NCBI RefSeq assembly: GCF_009914755.1
Contig: NC_060927.1
Reading direction: 5' to 3' (one strand)
DNA from: the human T2T-CHM13v2.0 reference genome, Homo sapiens
Length of the DNA stretch: 64,000 nt
In this document: positions 41,651 to 59,321 of the stretch, piece by piece
Position numbering within the stretch: the stretch's first letter is position 1
Layout: every line of letters begins with the position of its first letter
Position numbers and translations under genes: made by a program
The notes under the pieces: generated by a model
Told to the model about the DNA's origin: nothing
Databases searched by the model: none
What the model saw: only the letters and a program-made list of their open reading frames with translations

Positions 41651-43321
41651 TAAATTAATTTAAATACACTTAACTCTAAAAAACAAAGACATTATTTGAT
41701 AAGGCCTGGCCCAGTTGGCCTGTCTAGTTAAGGGTCCTACACCTAATTTGAGGCCCCTGAGAGCTATAATTAGTAGTGTCTCCTTAAAGTCCTTCTCTTG
41801 TTCATTTAACTGATTCCTGAGGCTGTTTTCTTTCTCAAAGGCTCTAGGCAGCCAGCCCTGCTCCCTGGCTTCTGTGTGTGTTCTGGGCTCCCAGGAGGGC
41901 TGACTGCCCAGAAGCAGGTTAAGTGGATGTTGTCCTTGTGCTCCAGGCCACGGAGTTATCAAATGGTTCCTGCATTAGAATCCTTTCTATTTTTAATTGG
42001 ATCTTAAAATGACTGAGAGATGAATAAATCAATTTGAAGAGAAATAAAAGGGCATCACTAGGATGATATTTACTGTCTACAATTCTTTGTAAAGGTTTCA
42101 GCCAAATAAAGCCTAATCATTTGAAAATGCCCTATGCAAAGTAAACTATTTTATTTTCCTCAGTTTGCCTCCCACCTTCAAGTATGTCTAATTTGCCTAT
42201 ATATTTAGAAACACACATAGCTTCCTATTTGTACCAAAAAAGATCTGTTTTCAGTACATTTCCTTCCCACATTCATTTCAGCAATCCACCACCACTCCTC
42301 CTGTCACAAGCTGAGAAGAATAACTGAATCCACAGAGCATGTCTCCAAATGGGATCCAAGGACCCTGAATTAGAATCACTTGATGTGCTGGTTTAAAAAG
42401 GAGATTTCTTGGGCCTTCCCATAGACTGGGGAATCCAGTCTTTCATTTTATGAAAAAAAAATATATAAAAATAAAAAACTGAGGTGCGAAGAGGCCACCT
42501 GACTTGTCCACAGGTGGCACAAGGTGGCCTCAAACTTGCTTGTTCTTGGCACTCACCTGGCCATGCTTGGGAATCTATTTTTGCTGGGGGGTGGGGATTG
42601 ATAAAAGTGGGGTGGAGACACAGGAGCATTTTAAAAAAAATGTAAGTCCCTGGGCGCCACCTTCGATTTAGGGAAGAAGAATCTTCAGGGCATAGGGTCT
42701 AAGTACATGTGTTTTTCACAAGGGTTTACATGTAAAATGCACAACCCTATTTAAGGACTGTCAAATTTCTCAATCATATTTTGCCCATAAAATGAGACTT
42801 GAGTTGAAAAGTAGCAATTAAGGTATAAATTAAACATAATAACTATCCATAAGTAATAATTTCTACTGATAAGCTTACTATCAATATCTGGTCACTTAAT
42901 AGTGAGACTTCACCCAAATATGTTTTCAATAACTCAATTTCTGATCTGGTCCCACAAACTGACCAGGTTACCTGACAGAAGCTCTCTCTGCTTTTGTTAC
43001 GTGGGAGGAGCCCAGTGAGTTGAGGCTACTCATAGTTACAAAGCAGATAGTTAAATGTCAGATTAAAGAAAAATGAGAAATCTATTCTCCATCCTAGAAA
43101 TGGCACTAGTTCAGCAAGTGAACTGAAGTCATGGCCAGTTAATTTTTTGAGTTTCTGAAAAGGAGGTAACCTTTTGTACCTTATAGGACCTCCTGGGCAG
43201 TGAGACTAAACAGGAATTGTGATGAAAATGTTTGTCTCTCCTGGTTGGTGGCATAAACTTGGGTGGCCCATGTAGCAGTGTCAACCATGCAGCAAAGCCT
43301 TGAGTCAGCAAAAGAGAGTGA

Positions 43322-43676
<355 letters not shown>

Positions 43677-44047
43677 TAATTCTCAGATTGATAATTAAAA
43701 GAAAAAAATTTAGTGGAGACAGGGAGGGAGAATACTTCTTCTGGGTTTGCAAGGCCCTAAGAGAGCCTGACAACACTCATCATTGCTGTCTGCCCACTTG
43801 ATGGATCAGAGACATTAGAGCTGCACATGTACAAATTTAAAAATCACCTTCAGGGCAAGCTATGAACGTTCTATTAGAAAGCATTCAATAAGTATACTGA
43901 ATGGAACCTGTTAGACATCTGTCCCTTCAGAATCACCTTTTCTTACAAGGTGGTTTTAACCAGAGAATCAGATCTATGTCCTCAGGGGAAAAAAATCTCA
44001 AAGAGACATAACATATTTTAGATTTTTCTTCTTCTTTTTAAGTAATA

Positions 44048-44283
44048 CAGGTTGAGCATCCCTAATCTGAAAATCTGAAATACCCCAAAATCCTGAAACT
44101 TTGTGAATGCAAAAAAAAAAAAAAAAAAAAAAAAAAGTCATTGAAGCATTTCAGATTTCAGATTTTCCCATTAGGAAGGCTCAGCAGTAAATACAATGCA
44201 ACTATTCAAAAATCTGAAAAAAAAAATCCAAAATCTAAAACACTTCTGGTCCTAAGCACTTTGGATAAAGGATACTCAACTTG
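44048..44283 (+). mobile_element. Tigger4a (MER46/Zombi)-like DNA transposon with an internal A26 run
   Basis: TIRs caggttgagcatccct...aaggatactcaacttg, TA on both sides; poly-A at 44111-44136. Confidence 0.88.
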
Positions 44284-45079
44284 TATGAGAGAGGATTTTG
44301 GTCAGTGTTTCATTTCTCAAAGAAGATGAGCATAAATAAATTTGGAATTAGAGCTTTGCCTCACTGTCAGGTAAAGTGTACCTGAAGATATGGGAATCTA
44401 AGAGCTAAGATGACTTGAGAGGTCATTTAGCCATATCCATAGTAAACACATATCCATGACACCCTCAATGGCAAATATAACACTCCTGCATTTGGAGTTT
44501 TAGGTAAATGTATTTAGTAACATGAGACATACTAATAATATGTTGAATTTGGTGGTGGTGAGGGAGGTTCATAGGGAATGAGGTATAATTTCATTCTCTC
44601 AAGAAGAATCCTTTCCTTTTTAGACAAACAAGTAGTAACATGAAATCCTGAGTGATTTTTTCAAAATATCTTTTTTAAAAAAGCAAATTCATGGAATTTT
44701 ATGGTATATACAGACCATAAAATTTACTGTATAGATATACCACGAAATCCTGAGTAACATGAAGCATGATTCTTCCTAGACCTGGAGTTAAGATATGTAT
44801 GCACCAGCCAGGAAGTTGCCTGCCCCCATCTACAAAATGTCACCAGAAATGCAATCAATGGAGAAATCTGATTAACTAAAACTCTTCCAGAGACAAGGCT
44901 GTACATTCAGCTTTTTTTCTTACATACCTCATAAAGTTTTTAGATGCTTTATGCCCTCTAACGCATTTTTAAACTGACACCTAAAATCTTTTAGTCATAA
45001 ATTCAATAGCTGCAAAAATGTAGGCAGTGTGTATGTGCATGCATAAGCATAGACAGATCTTTTTTAAAAAAGCAGGTTA

Positions 45080-46880
<1,801 letters not shown>

Positions 46881-47892
46881 ATATAGACACACTGGCTAGC
46901 CCACATGCCAAAAGTGAACTTGCCCAACCTCTAGGAATGCAGGTAACTTAGTCTTGTCACCTACTGTGTGGCAAACATGAGCACAGCTATGGCTAGTGGG
47001 CCTGGGTTCATCCTCTTTTCCACATTCTTATCACAAGTCCTCTTCTGGAGTCACCCTGCCTCATCAGGGCAAGTATTGGTTTGATGTGGGGTTCTCCTGT
47101 CCGGCGCACTACCCTTGGAGCCCTCAGGCTTTGATCAAAGGGTCATCTTAGGTGGGTCCTCTTCACGTTCTTTTTTTCTCCCCACTCCCCAAATGTAAGA
47201 AGAAATATTTCTATGCATAGTGGTTTGGAGGCCAAAGAAGGAGTATGTGTCCAGGAGGTTCTGCCCAGAGCTTGTCCCCTCAGATGGCAATGCCTTACTG
47301 ATTCTCTCATTTCTTAAATTCCTATGCAGCACTAAAGATAACAAGTGAGAGATACTCCAGGTGTCTAGGGATCTTCTGTCTACTCCCACTCTCCTACAAG
47401 CAGAAAATCACCAAAATGGTCAACTCCAGCATGGCTTTTTTTTTTTTTTTTTGTAGTCTCTGGTAGAATGTGGAAGTCACTGAGGCACAGTTTCTCCTTT
47501 CAGGGCAATTTTGCTGCTTCTACACACCTGATCTCATTCTGTCTCGCTCTCTGAAAGCTATTATTCAGGATTTTATTCATTCACTTCTCCTCACTTAATG
47601 TTTCAGTAGATGGCAAAACTGGAAGCTGTGGGGAGCTGCCCCAGGTTGATTCTTAGATGTCTGTCTTGTTCTTTTGCTGAATGCTAGCTCTATTCTTTAT
47701 TTAACATTGCCTGAATATTTTTGTTTCTTTAGTTTAGTTATTTAAACCTATTTGTTGCTCATATTGTTAGGATTTTGGTTTTGTTATGTCATCCTGAACT
47801 GGAGTCCTCTGTATTCATTTAAACTGGTAACTTCAAGGCTGAAAAAAATGCTGAGACTGATTCTTCTGAATTATTTTTCCTGTCATTTGCTA

Positions 47893-48081
<189 letters not shown>

Positions 48082-48249
48082 TCAGACCATATATGCAAGG
48101 AAATAAATTGATATCTAAGCAATCTAGGATTATTTATATTAATCTTGGGTAATTTCTAAGTATTGGCCTGTGAAGTATCAAAGACCAAGCAGGCCCATGA
48201 GTTGTACTGAGTGAGTCCACCCTGTTGTGGTACATTCAGTAATTACTGA

Positions 48250-48611
<362 letters not shown>

Positions 48612-50545
48612 TAAGGGTACCCTCAATGTTTTATAGAAAAATGGCTTATTCTGAAGTCTTCCACAAACTCTTTTCTAGAAACGCATCTTAGTATACAATA
48701 TTTGTTGTCACTCCACTCTCTGCCCAATGTCCCTGTGCTGCACTTCAGTTTGAGTTACATGAAACGTACATGTATCTTAAAAATAAGGTGTCATGAATCC
48801 TCTAATCCCATAGCATTTGGTGCATTTTCTTTTATGATGTGATAATAAATAAAGATTAATTCAATGATTGTAACTTTATGCTGCTGACTCCATATATGGT
48901 AAGTACACAGACATTATAATATGGAAAACTTAAAACCTGGCTATTATTTTTCCTTCTCACACAAGCATCATAAAGAAGTCCTCTATAACATAATGATATG
49001 AGATGTATAATTAAGCCAATGGTATTGCTTCCCTTGGTAATCCCGCTGTTCAGATGTATAGGCTCAACCTACTGATACTTCTCCGAATCCAGATCATCTT
49101 GTGATCCAGAATCAACACCCACAGAAATCTAAGTGATCAAAGGATAAAGCTGCCTCTGTGGTGACAGCATGAGTTACTAAATATTAAAAGTTGTGAATTT
49201 TAAAAGAAATAATTAAAAGGCATTAAGAAAATCAATGAGAGAGATGGAACAGCCTTTAAGAAATGTTGCATTGAATTATTGACAGAAAAAGGACAGTTGA
49301 AAAAAATTAAATGAATTTCTTACTGTGATATTTCCAAAAGGAGAAATGAGGGATAAATAACAAGCAGATATCTCCTGGGAGAAGCATGAAATAGTGAAGG
49401 AAATCAGCATGATGCCAGAACAAGCAATAATTTAATCAGAAGACTTGAAAACCAGCAGAACCCCAGGACAGGCTAAGCAGTGGCTGGTATTAACAAGAGA
49501 CAAAGAATAGACCAGGGACAGACAGCCTTCATGTAAATGTGACTGCCATGACCAAAGATGACACTGGAAGATACTGATTAAGGGTCTAGAGTAGGAAAAC
49601 AAGTAGATAATACAGCATGGACCAGATGATACCCTATGTTGAAATTCTGAACTAACTGAATTAATAAAAACCTGGATATAATCTCCAAAGAATACATGAA
49701 TAATTCAGAAAAGGCTATGCTGTACTGTTATTTCATTCCATTAGAGTACTGAGATATAATTTTATACAAGACAATCTCTTCAGTGGAAATATCAGACAAG
49801 AAGTACACAAATTAGTAGATAAAAATAAATCTTCCATGTATTTCAGAGTCTGTGTGGGCTTAAGTTGCCAGAGCCCTACATGACATGACAAAGTCATGGC
49901 CCCTTTCCATCTCTCCTAATAAATCTGTACCCATTTCCTCTTCCTCAGAGCCTTGGCAGGAATGAAAAAAACAAAATATCCTGCTGAGGAAGGACATGCT
50001 TCCCTTGGATGTAAGGCATCTGGAAGGTGTAAACTCTCGTTTGGGAACCAGGACTGGCTAACAGGTAACAGAACAAGTAGGTAACAGAACAAGGCTGCCC
50101 AGATTTTGCTGCTGTGGTTTCCATGCGAACTGTTCACAAAATTCTCATGAATTGAAAAAAGTTGGTATTGATTACACAATATTAATCAAAACAGGATGCC
50201 ATTTTAAACATTTGCATAGCAACATGCTTTTATGAGTAATTCTCTACAGTTTATTTTCCAAAAAATATAGCATCTTCACAATGGTTTTCTTTAGATGGTG
50301 GCACTATAGGCAGTCTATCTTTACTCTTTAATGGACATGAATTACTTTTATATGGGGGAAAAACTTATATAAAAAAGAACACAGGGATTCCTATAAATGA
50401 ATTACATATGCCCTGCCACGCTCCTAAACTCACCTCGTCCTGATTGCTCATTTGCCCAGTAAACAGACAAAGCCAGACAATCTGCAGTTCAGAGAATGTG
50501 GCTTTTTAAACTGAAGTCCAAGAATATAAGAAGCTGGGCAAAGTG

Positions 50546-50947
<402 letters not shown>

Positions 50948-53469
50948 CTAACCTTCTCTAATCTGTCATACTGATTTTCTCCCCACTTTGCCAAACTACC
51001 AGAAATTTCACCAATTATAGGTTTATTTGCTTTAATACACATTTTCTATTAAAAGTGAAAGCATCAGTGGGAAGGTTAAGGAGCATCAACCATTCACAGA
51101 TATTGGTTAATTACTTTAATTAGCTGTTGCTAGCAAGTTATTTCTTGCTATCCTCCACCCCTACCCCTACCCCTAGGCAAATAACAATGAATACTTGTGA
51201 GTGAGGTGGGAAGACAACACAGCAGAGATAGAATCAGCTTCAACAGCAGGGGACCTGCTTCAAGGAAGAGGTGTAAAGAGAAGCAGAAAGGAGCCAATAT
51301 TGTCTCTATGGTCAGGAAAGGATATATTAGACCTTCCCCACCTCTACCCCAACTTTCTTAGGGTTTCTCTTACCCAGGATCCAGAATTCAAGTTAAGCAT
51401 CATTAAGGAAGCTTTTGTGTTGTAGCCTGGAAGCCTAAATAACATTTATAGCCTCGTGTTTCAAAAGGTCAATTTTTTGGATATTATTTACATTTTCCAT
51501 ACAGCCACTCTGTTTCAAGGCTGGGAACTGCTTTATGCTAACTAATCTGAGAAAGAAAAAAAACCACAAAAAGCATTTTCATCATTTTTTCTTGTTTAAA
51601 TAAAAGAAAATAAGATAAAATAGGAATCTATTCATATTTGAAGAAAAACACTCAAAATGAACAGAGGGGTGGAAGGAGCCTGTCTATGAAAAAAGAAGAC
51701 ATTTTATGCACCAGAATTGTGATTCTTCATCAACAATCTTCTTTTACAGTAAAACTCACAAAATTATATCCTAAACAAAGTAAAGGAGAAGAACAGTGAA
51801 GGTGGGGGGAGGGTAGGGTGAGGAGACGGGCAGAATTTTAAAACTAGCAAATACAAAGAAGTTGGCTCCCCACAAAAATATGCCTTAAAAAGTGATTATA
51901 GGGTGTCTGAGTTGGGAAAGGGAAAAAAAGTAACAGGACCAGAGAAAATTAGCACTCAGAAGCTAAATGTTTTCCAGTGCCAGCAGTAAAGTACTGCCCG
52001 CTCTGCTATTAGCACATTGCTCACCTTTGGTCACTGCAGGGTTGTCAAACCCTAGGACTCTCATGCCAGCTGCAAGGAGAGCCAGCAGAACCATTTTATT
52101 TTGCAAAAACTAGAAAACTTATGATATGATCCATAGTAGTAGCTGTGTTTTGTAGTAATATGTCCCCAACCCTGTCTCTAATGAAACAGAAAATGCAAAT
52201 TAGAGTTGAATTCTTAGAATTCTGAAAAGCAGATCTGATTCCTACAATGGTATGTATGCAGAGTTACCTGTCTCCATTCAGATGGCAGCCACGACTGAAC
52301 AAAAGGAGTGCCCTGAAAAAGGTATCCTCTGCTGATTACTAGACAAATTACATGCCAAATGCAAATTAATAAAAATGATTAATGGAGCAGAGATTGAAAA
52401 AAATGTTATGGAATTAGGCTCTTAAGAAAACAACCTCAGGGATTTTCATTTTAAGATGGCAGACCAAGCATGTACATCTACTTCTTCTACCTCCCAAAGG
52501 TCCCCTGAAATGACAGAAAGATGTATTCTAAAAGAAACAACACTGGAAAATAAGAGAAGTTGCCAGAACTTCTGAGGATAGTACCAAGGTAAAGGCAGGT
52601 ACTCTCAAAGGAGCCTCAAAGAAGGCCCAATGTCAGATTTGACCCCACAAAGGAAAGGACTGAGCCAGGGAGTCTGCACCAAAGTGAATAAAGAACAGCC
52701 ATCAGAGAAGCTGGGGTCATAGGGACCTTTCTCATGCCACCTTGAGAGGGAAAGAGAAAGTAGAATGTATACATCTAACTTTCTGTCTTTTCAGAGGACC
52801 GCCTGAGGGACTAGTTTCTGCCTTTTCTAAATTAGAGGGCATGTGAACTTAAAGGATATACTTTAAATGCCTAGGGAGTGCTGAGAATAATTAAGAGCTT
52901 GTCAGCTTGTAGCAGCACCAGAGAACTTGCAGTACGGCAGACAGATACCAGAGGCAGAAAGAAATTACAATCTCCTAAAAAAGAAGCTGGCAAGCCTTTT
53001 TAATCGGGAAATTAGATGCATAATCCCAGAGAAGACACACTACCAGAAAAGATTTGAGAGACTCTCTGATTCTCTAACTGGGCTGATTGGTGAAGGCCTT
53101 CCTTGTATAAAGCTAGTCTGTAATGACAGAGAGATGGCTGTTTTTCAGATGCCCAAATGCCAGCAAAAAACAAAAGGGCATCTGAAAAAAAAAAACAAAA
53201 AAAAACAAGGAAAAATGGCCCAAGCAAAGAAACACAATAATTCTTCAGAAGCTGACCCAAAAGAAATGAAGATCTGTGAATTGCCTGACAGAGAATTCAA
53301 ATAACTGTCTTTAAAAAGCTCAGTGAGCTATAAGAGGTCACAGGCAACTAAATAAAATGAGGAAAACAATGCATGAACAGAAAGAGAATATATCAGCAAT
53401 CAAATAGAAACTGTAAAAAAGAACCCAACAGAAATTCTGGAGCTGAAGAATAACTGAATTAACAAGTCA

Positions 53470-54128
<659 letters not shown>

Positions 54129-54922
54129 TCAGTGAACTCAAAGATAGGTCATTGGAAATTATTGAGTCACAGGAGCAAAAACAACAAAAGAAGAAAAGTG
54201 AAGAAAGCTTAATGAAACAGCATCAATTGGACCAATTATGTATTATAAGAGTTCCAGAGGAGAAGAGACAGAAAGAAATGGGAACAGAACTTAATTTGAG
54301 GAAATAATAGCTGGAAACTTACCAAATCTGAAGAAATGTAAATCCAAATTCAAGAAGCTGAAAGGTGACTAAGATGAGCCCAAAGAGGCCTACACCAAGA
54401 CACATTATAATCAAACTGTCAAAATCAAAGACAAAGAGAGTATCTTGAAAGCAGCAAGAGAAAAGTAATTTATCATGTACAAGGGAATTCCCAGATTATC
54501 AGCAGATTTCTCAGCAAGAAGATTGGGGGCCAGAAGAGAACAAGATGATATATTCAAAGTACTGAAAGAAAAAACTCCCAACCAAGAATTGTATACCTGG
54601 AAAAATCATCCTTCAAAAATGTAGGAGAGAAATAAAGACCTTTCAGATAAGCAAAACCTGAGGGATTTCATCACTACTACAACTGCCTTACACATAATGC
54701 TACAGGCATTCCTTCAAGCAGAAGCTCAAGGACACTAGATAGCAACACAACAGCATAAGAAAAAATAAACTCTCTGGTAAAGGTAAATATATAGACAAAT
54801 AAAAAATCCTTTAATAATGCAATGGTGGTATATAAATCACTTTTAATTCTAGTATACACTTTAAAGATAAAAACATAAAACTAACTACAAAAGAATACCA
54901 ATGGATCAAAAAATGTAATTTG

Positions 54923-55210
54923 TGGCTGGGTACTATGCCTATAATTCCAGCACTTTGAGAGGCCCAGGTGGGTGAATCATTGAGCCCCAGGAGTTTGAAA
55001 CCAGCCTGGGCAACATGGTAAAACCCTGTCTCACAAAAAAAATACAGAATTTAGCCAGGCATGGTGGCCCATGCCTATAGTTCAAGCTACTCGGGAGGCT
55101 GGGGTGGGAGGATCACCTGAGCCCAGGGAAGTTGTGGTTGCAGTGACCTGTGATTGTGCCGCTCCATTCCAGCCTGAGTGACAGAGTGAGACCCTGTCTC
55201 AAAAAAGAAA
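54923..55210 (+). mobile_element. AluJ
   Basis: Dimer; degenerate TSD ending atttgt. Confidence 0.9.
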
Positions 55211-57994
55211 TAGTTATTTGTGACATTGATAATAAAAGTGGTGAGGGGAAAATGTAAACAAGAAGATTTTTTTGCATGCTACTGAAGTTTTTATCAGTTT
55301 AAACTATAAGATATTTTATGTAATCCCCATGATAACTACAAAGAAAATACCTGTAAAAAAACACAAAAAAGAAAATGAGAAAGGAATCAAAGCAAGTTCC
55401 TACAAAAAAAAATCAACAAAATACAAAGGAAGGCAGCAAGACAGAAAAAGTGCAGCAAAATAATTACAAGACATACTGAAAGCAATGAACAAAACGGCAA
55501 TTGTAAGCCTGCTCTATCAGTAATTACTTTAAGTGTAAATGGGTTAAACTCCCTGATCAAAAGACATAGAGTGGCTGAATGGATTTTAAAAAAAACCAAC
55601 AAGAAGAAGATCCAATTACCTGCAGATGTAAAGACATACATACAATGAAAGTGAAAGAATGAGGAAAAATGCTCATTTTCATTTACCATGAAAATGGCAA
55701 CAAAAAGAGAGCCAGAATGACCATACTTACATCAGACAAAATAGACTTTAATTAACAAACTGTTATAAGAGACAAATGAGGATATTATGTAAAAACGAAA
55801 GGGCCAAATTATATAGAAAGATATAACAATTATAATTGTATATGCATCTAACATCAGAGTAACCAAATATATGAAACAAATATTGATGGAATTGAAGGGA
55901 GAAATGAACACTAATACCGTAATAGTAGGAGATTTCAATACTGCACTTCAATAATGGATAAAACAATCAGACATAAGATCAATAAGGAAACAGAGGACTT
56001 AACATCACAGACCAATTTAACTTAATAGATATATACAGAACACTCTACCCAGTAATAACAGAATAAACATTCTTCTCAAGTACATATAAAAGATTCTCCA
56101 GTACAGATCATACCTAAGGCCACAAAACAAGCCGTAACAAATTCAAGAAGACTGAAATCATACCAAGTATAATTTCTGACCAAAATGGAATGGAACTAGA
56201 AATCAAAAGCAAAAGGAAAGTGGAAAATTCACAAATTGTGGAAATTAACATTCTTGAACAACCAATGAGTCAAAAAAGACATCACAAAGGAAATTAGAAA
56301 ATATCTTGAAGCAAATGAAAACAAAACCACAACATACCAAAACTTATGGGACATAGCAACGACAGTACTAAGAGAGAAGTTTATAGTGGTAAATGCTTAC
56401 ATTATAAAAAAAAGAAAGATCTCAAGTCAATAACTTGACTTTAACCTCAAGAAACTACAAAAAGAACAAACTAAAGTTAGCAGAAGAAAGGAAATAATAA
56501 AGATGAGAACAAAAATAAACAGACTAGAAAAACAACAGCAAAAAAAAAAATCAACAAAAGTAAGAGTTGGTCTTTCGAAAAGATCAACAAAATTAACAAA
56601 TCCTTAGCTAGACTAATGAAGAAAAGACTCATATACCAAAAATCAGAAATGTAAGAAGAAACATTACAATCGATGCCACAGAAATAAAATAGACTACTAA
56701 GAACAATTATACACCAATAAACTGGATAAACTAGAAATAAATGAATTCCTAGAAACATGCAACCTACCAAAACTGAATCATGAAGAAAAAAAATCTGAAC
56801 AGAACTATACTAGTAAGGAGATTGAATCAGTAATAAAAAACCTACCAACAAAGAAAAGCCCAGGACCAGAGAGCTTCATGGGTGAATTCCACCAAACATT
56901 TAAAGAAGAATTACCACCAATACACCTCGAATTCTTCCAAAATACTGACAAGAAGGGAATACTTCCAGACTCATCTTATGAGGTCAATATCACTGTGATA
57001 CCAAAACCAAAGACATAATTTAAAAAAGAAAACTATAGTCCAATATCCCTAATCAATATTGATGCAAATTCCTTAACAAAATACTAGCAAACCAAATTCA
57101 ACAACACATTAAAAAAATTACGCAGCATGACCAAGTGGGATTTATTCTTGAACTACAAGGATGGAACAACATATGTAAACCAATCAACATAATACACCAC
57201 ACTAACAGAATGAAAGACAAACCACATTATTTCAATTGATGCAAAAAAAGTATACGACAAAATTCAATACCCTTTCATGATAAAAACACTCAACAAAGTA
57301 GGAGTAAAAAGAAATTACCTTAACATACTAAAGGTTATATATGAAAAAGCCTAGAGCTAACGTCATACCAAATGATGGAAAACTGAAAGCTTTCCCTCTA
57401 AGATCAGGAACATGGCGAGGAATGCTTAGTCTTGCCACTTCCTGTCAACAAAGTACTGGAAGTCCAGTACTTTCTTAATTGCCAGAGCAATTAAGAAAAT
57501 AAATAAATAAAAATAAATAAAAGGTATCCAAATTGGAAAGTAGTAAAATTATATCTGTTTGTGGATTACATTATTTTAAATGTAGACAACCCTAATTCTA
57601 CACACATACACACACACACACCCATTAGAACTAATAAATGAACTCAGCAGAATTGTAGAATACAAAATCAACACACAAAAATCAGTTACATTTCTATATA
57701 CTAACAATGAACAATTTGAAAAGGAAATTGAGAACTCAATCATTTTTACAATAGCATCAAAAAGAATAAAAATACTAAAATACTTAGGGATAAATGTAAC
57801 CAAGGAGATGAAAAGCGTGTACACTGAGACCACAAAACATTGCCACAAGAAATTGAATAAGACACAAATAAATGAAAAGACATTCTGTGTTCATGTGCTG
57901 TATTAGAACACTTAATATTGTTAAAACGTGTATATCACCCAAAGTGATCTATAGATTCAATGCAGTTTCTAACACAAAAGATTCTTAATCTCCA

Positions 57995-58193
57995 ACAGGG
58001 TCAGCAAACTTCTTAAAAGGCCACGGAATAAATATTTTAGCCACACAGTCTCTGTCACAATTACTCAACTCTGCCATTCCTTGCAACATGAAAAGCAGAA
58101 TATATAAACAAATGGGTGCAGCTGGGTGCCAATACAACTTTAATAATAGGCGGCAGGAGGATTTGGTCCTTTGGCTGGGGTTTGCCATCCTTT
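57995..58193 (+). mobile_element. MER58A (hAT-Charlie)
   Basis: caggggtcagcaaact start; gtctctgtcacaattactcaactctgcc; gtttgccatcc end. Confidence 0.8.
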
Positions 58194-58481
58194 GGTATAG
58201 ATTGTATAGAAAGACTGAAAACTCTATTTAATCAGTTAATTAACTCATATGAATTTGTTAAAAGATGAGAAAGCATCACAAAATGTGTGCCTCAATAACA
58301 TAATGACTAGGACTCTTCTCTGGAGTTTAAAAGGAATTCTCTGGCAGTGTCTTCAGGCCCTATGCCCTGGTGGTCACCCTGAGAAGACGTCTTCAGGGCA
58401 GGGCTGTGTCTATGACCCAGCTCACCTTGCTCCACTCCAACCAAGCTCCATTCCTAGTGTGCTGAGGATCCACACAGGGAA

Positions 58482-58871
58482 TGACAGGGAACCACTAATA
58501 TCACAAAAGGCCTAGGCCTCTGGGCTGCCTGCATGGGTGACTTTCCAAGATCAGTCGAGTGAACAAGGAGTTGGTCTTAAAAGATGTACAGCAAACCCTT
58601 GAAGCTTTGCTGAAAAAACAACTCACAAAAAGCAGATTAACAGGAGAAAAGATGTGATATGGATTCAGTTAATGAGAACTCAGGGAAGTGACCAGCAGTT
58701 AATTGTTTTCTTCTTTGGTAGGTCTGGACTTTAGGCAGACAAGGGAACTTTAGAGAATCTAATGCTTTGGGAGAGACAGTATGGGGGAGATCAGGGAGAC
58801 CTTGAGGCTCCCTTTTCAGTTCAGCATGTCAAAGTGCAGTATTTGGGGGTATTGGTTTCTGAGTCTCAATA
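58482..58871 (-). mobile_element. ERV1 solo LTR, MER31-like (sense to ANO10)
   Basis: Reverse complement begins t(a)ttgagactcagaaaccaatacccccaaatactgcactttgacatgctgaactga and ends ttccctgtca. Confidence 0.72.
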
Positions 58872-58927
58872 AATATTAATAGCTGGAATCTAAAAGAAGT
58901 ATACAGGGAAAAAAGGGAATATGTTAG

Positions 58928-59321
<394 letters not shown>

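Noticed and set aside
43301-43313. Isolated TGAGTCAGCA (MARE/ARE-like) motif
   Set aside because: Single motif with no supporting cluster; expected by chance in 64 kb.
50063-50093. Direct repeat aggtaacagaacaag twice
   Set aside because: A single 16-nt tandem duplication with no spacer array; not CRISPR-like and no evident function.
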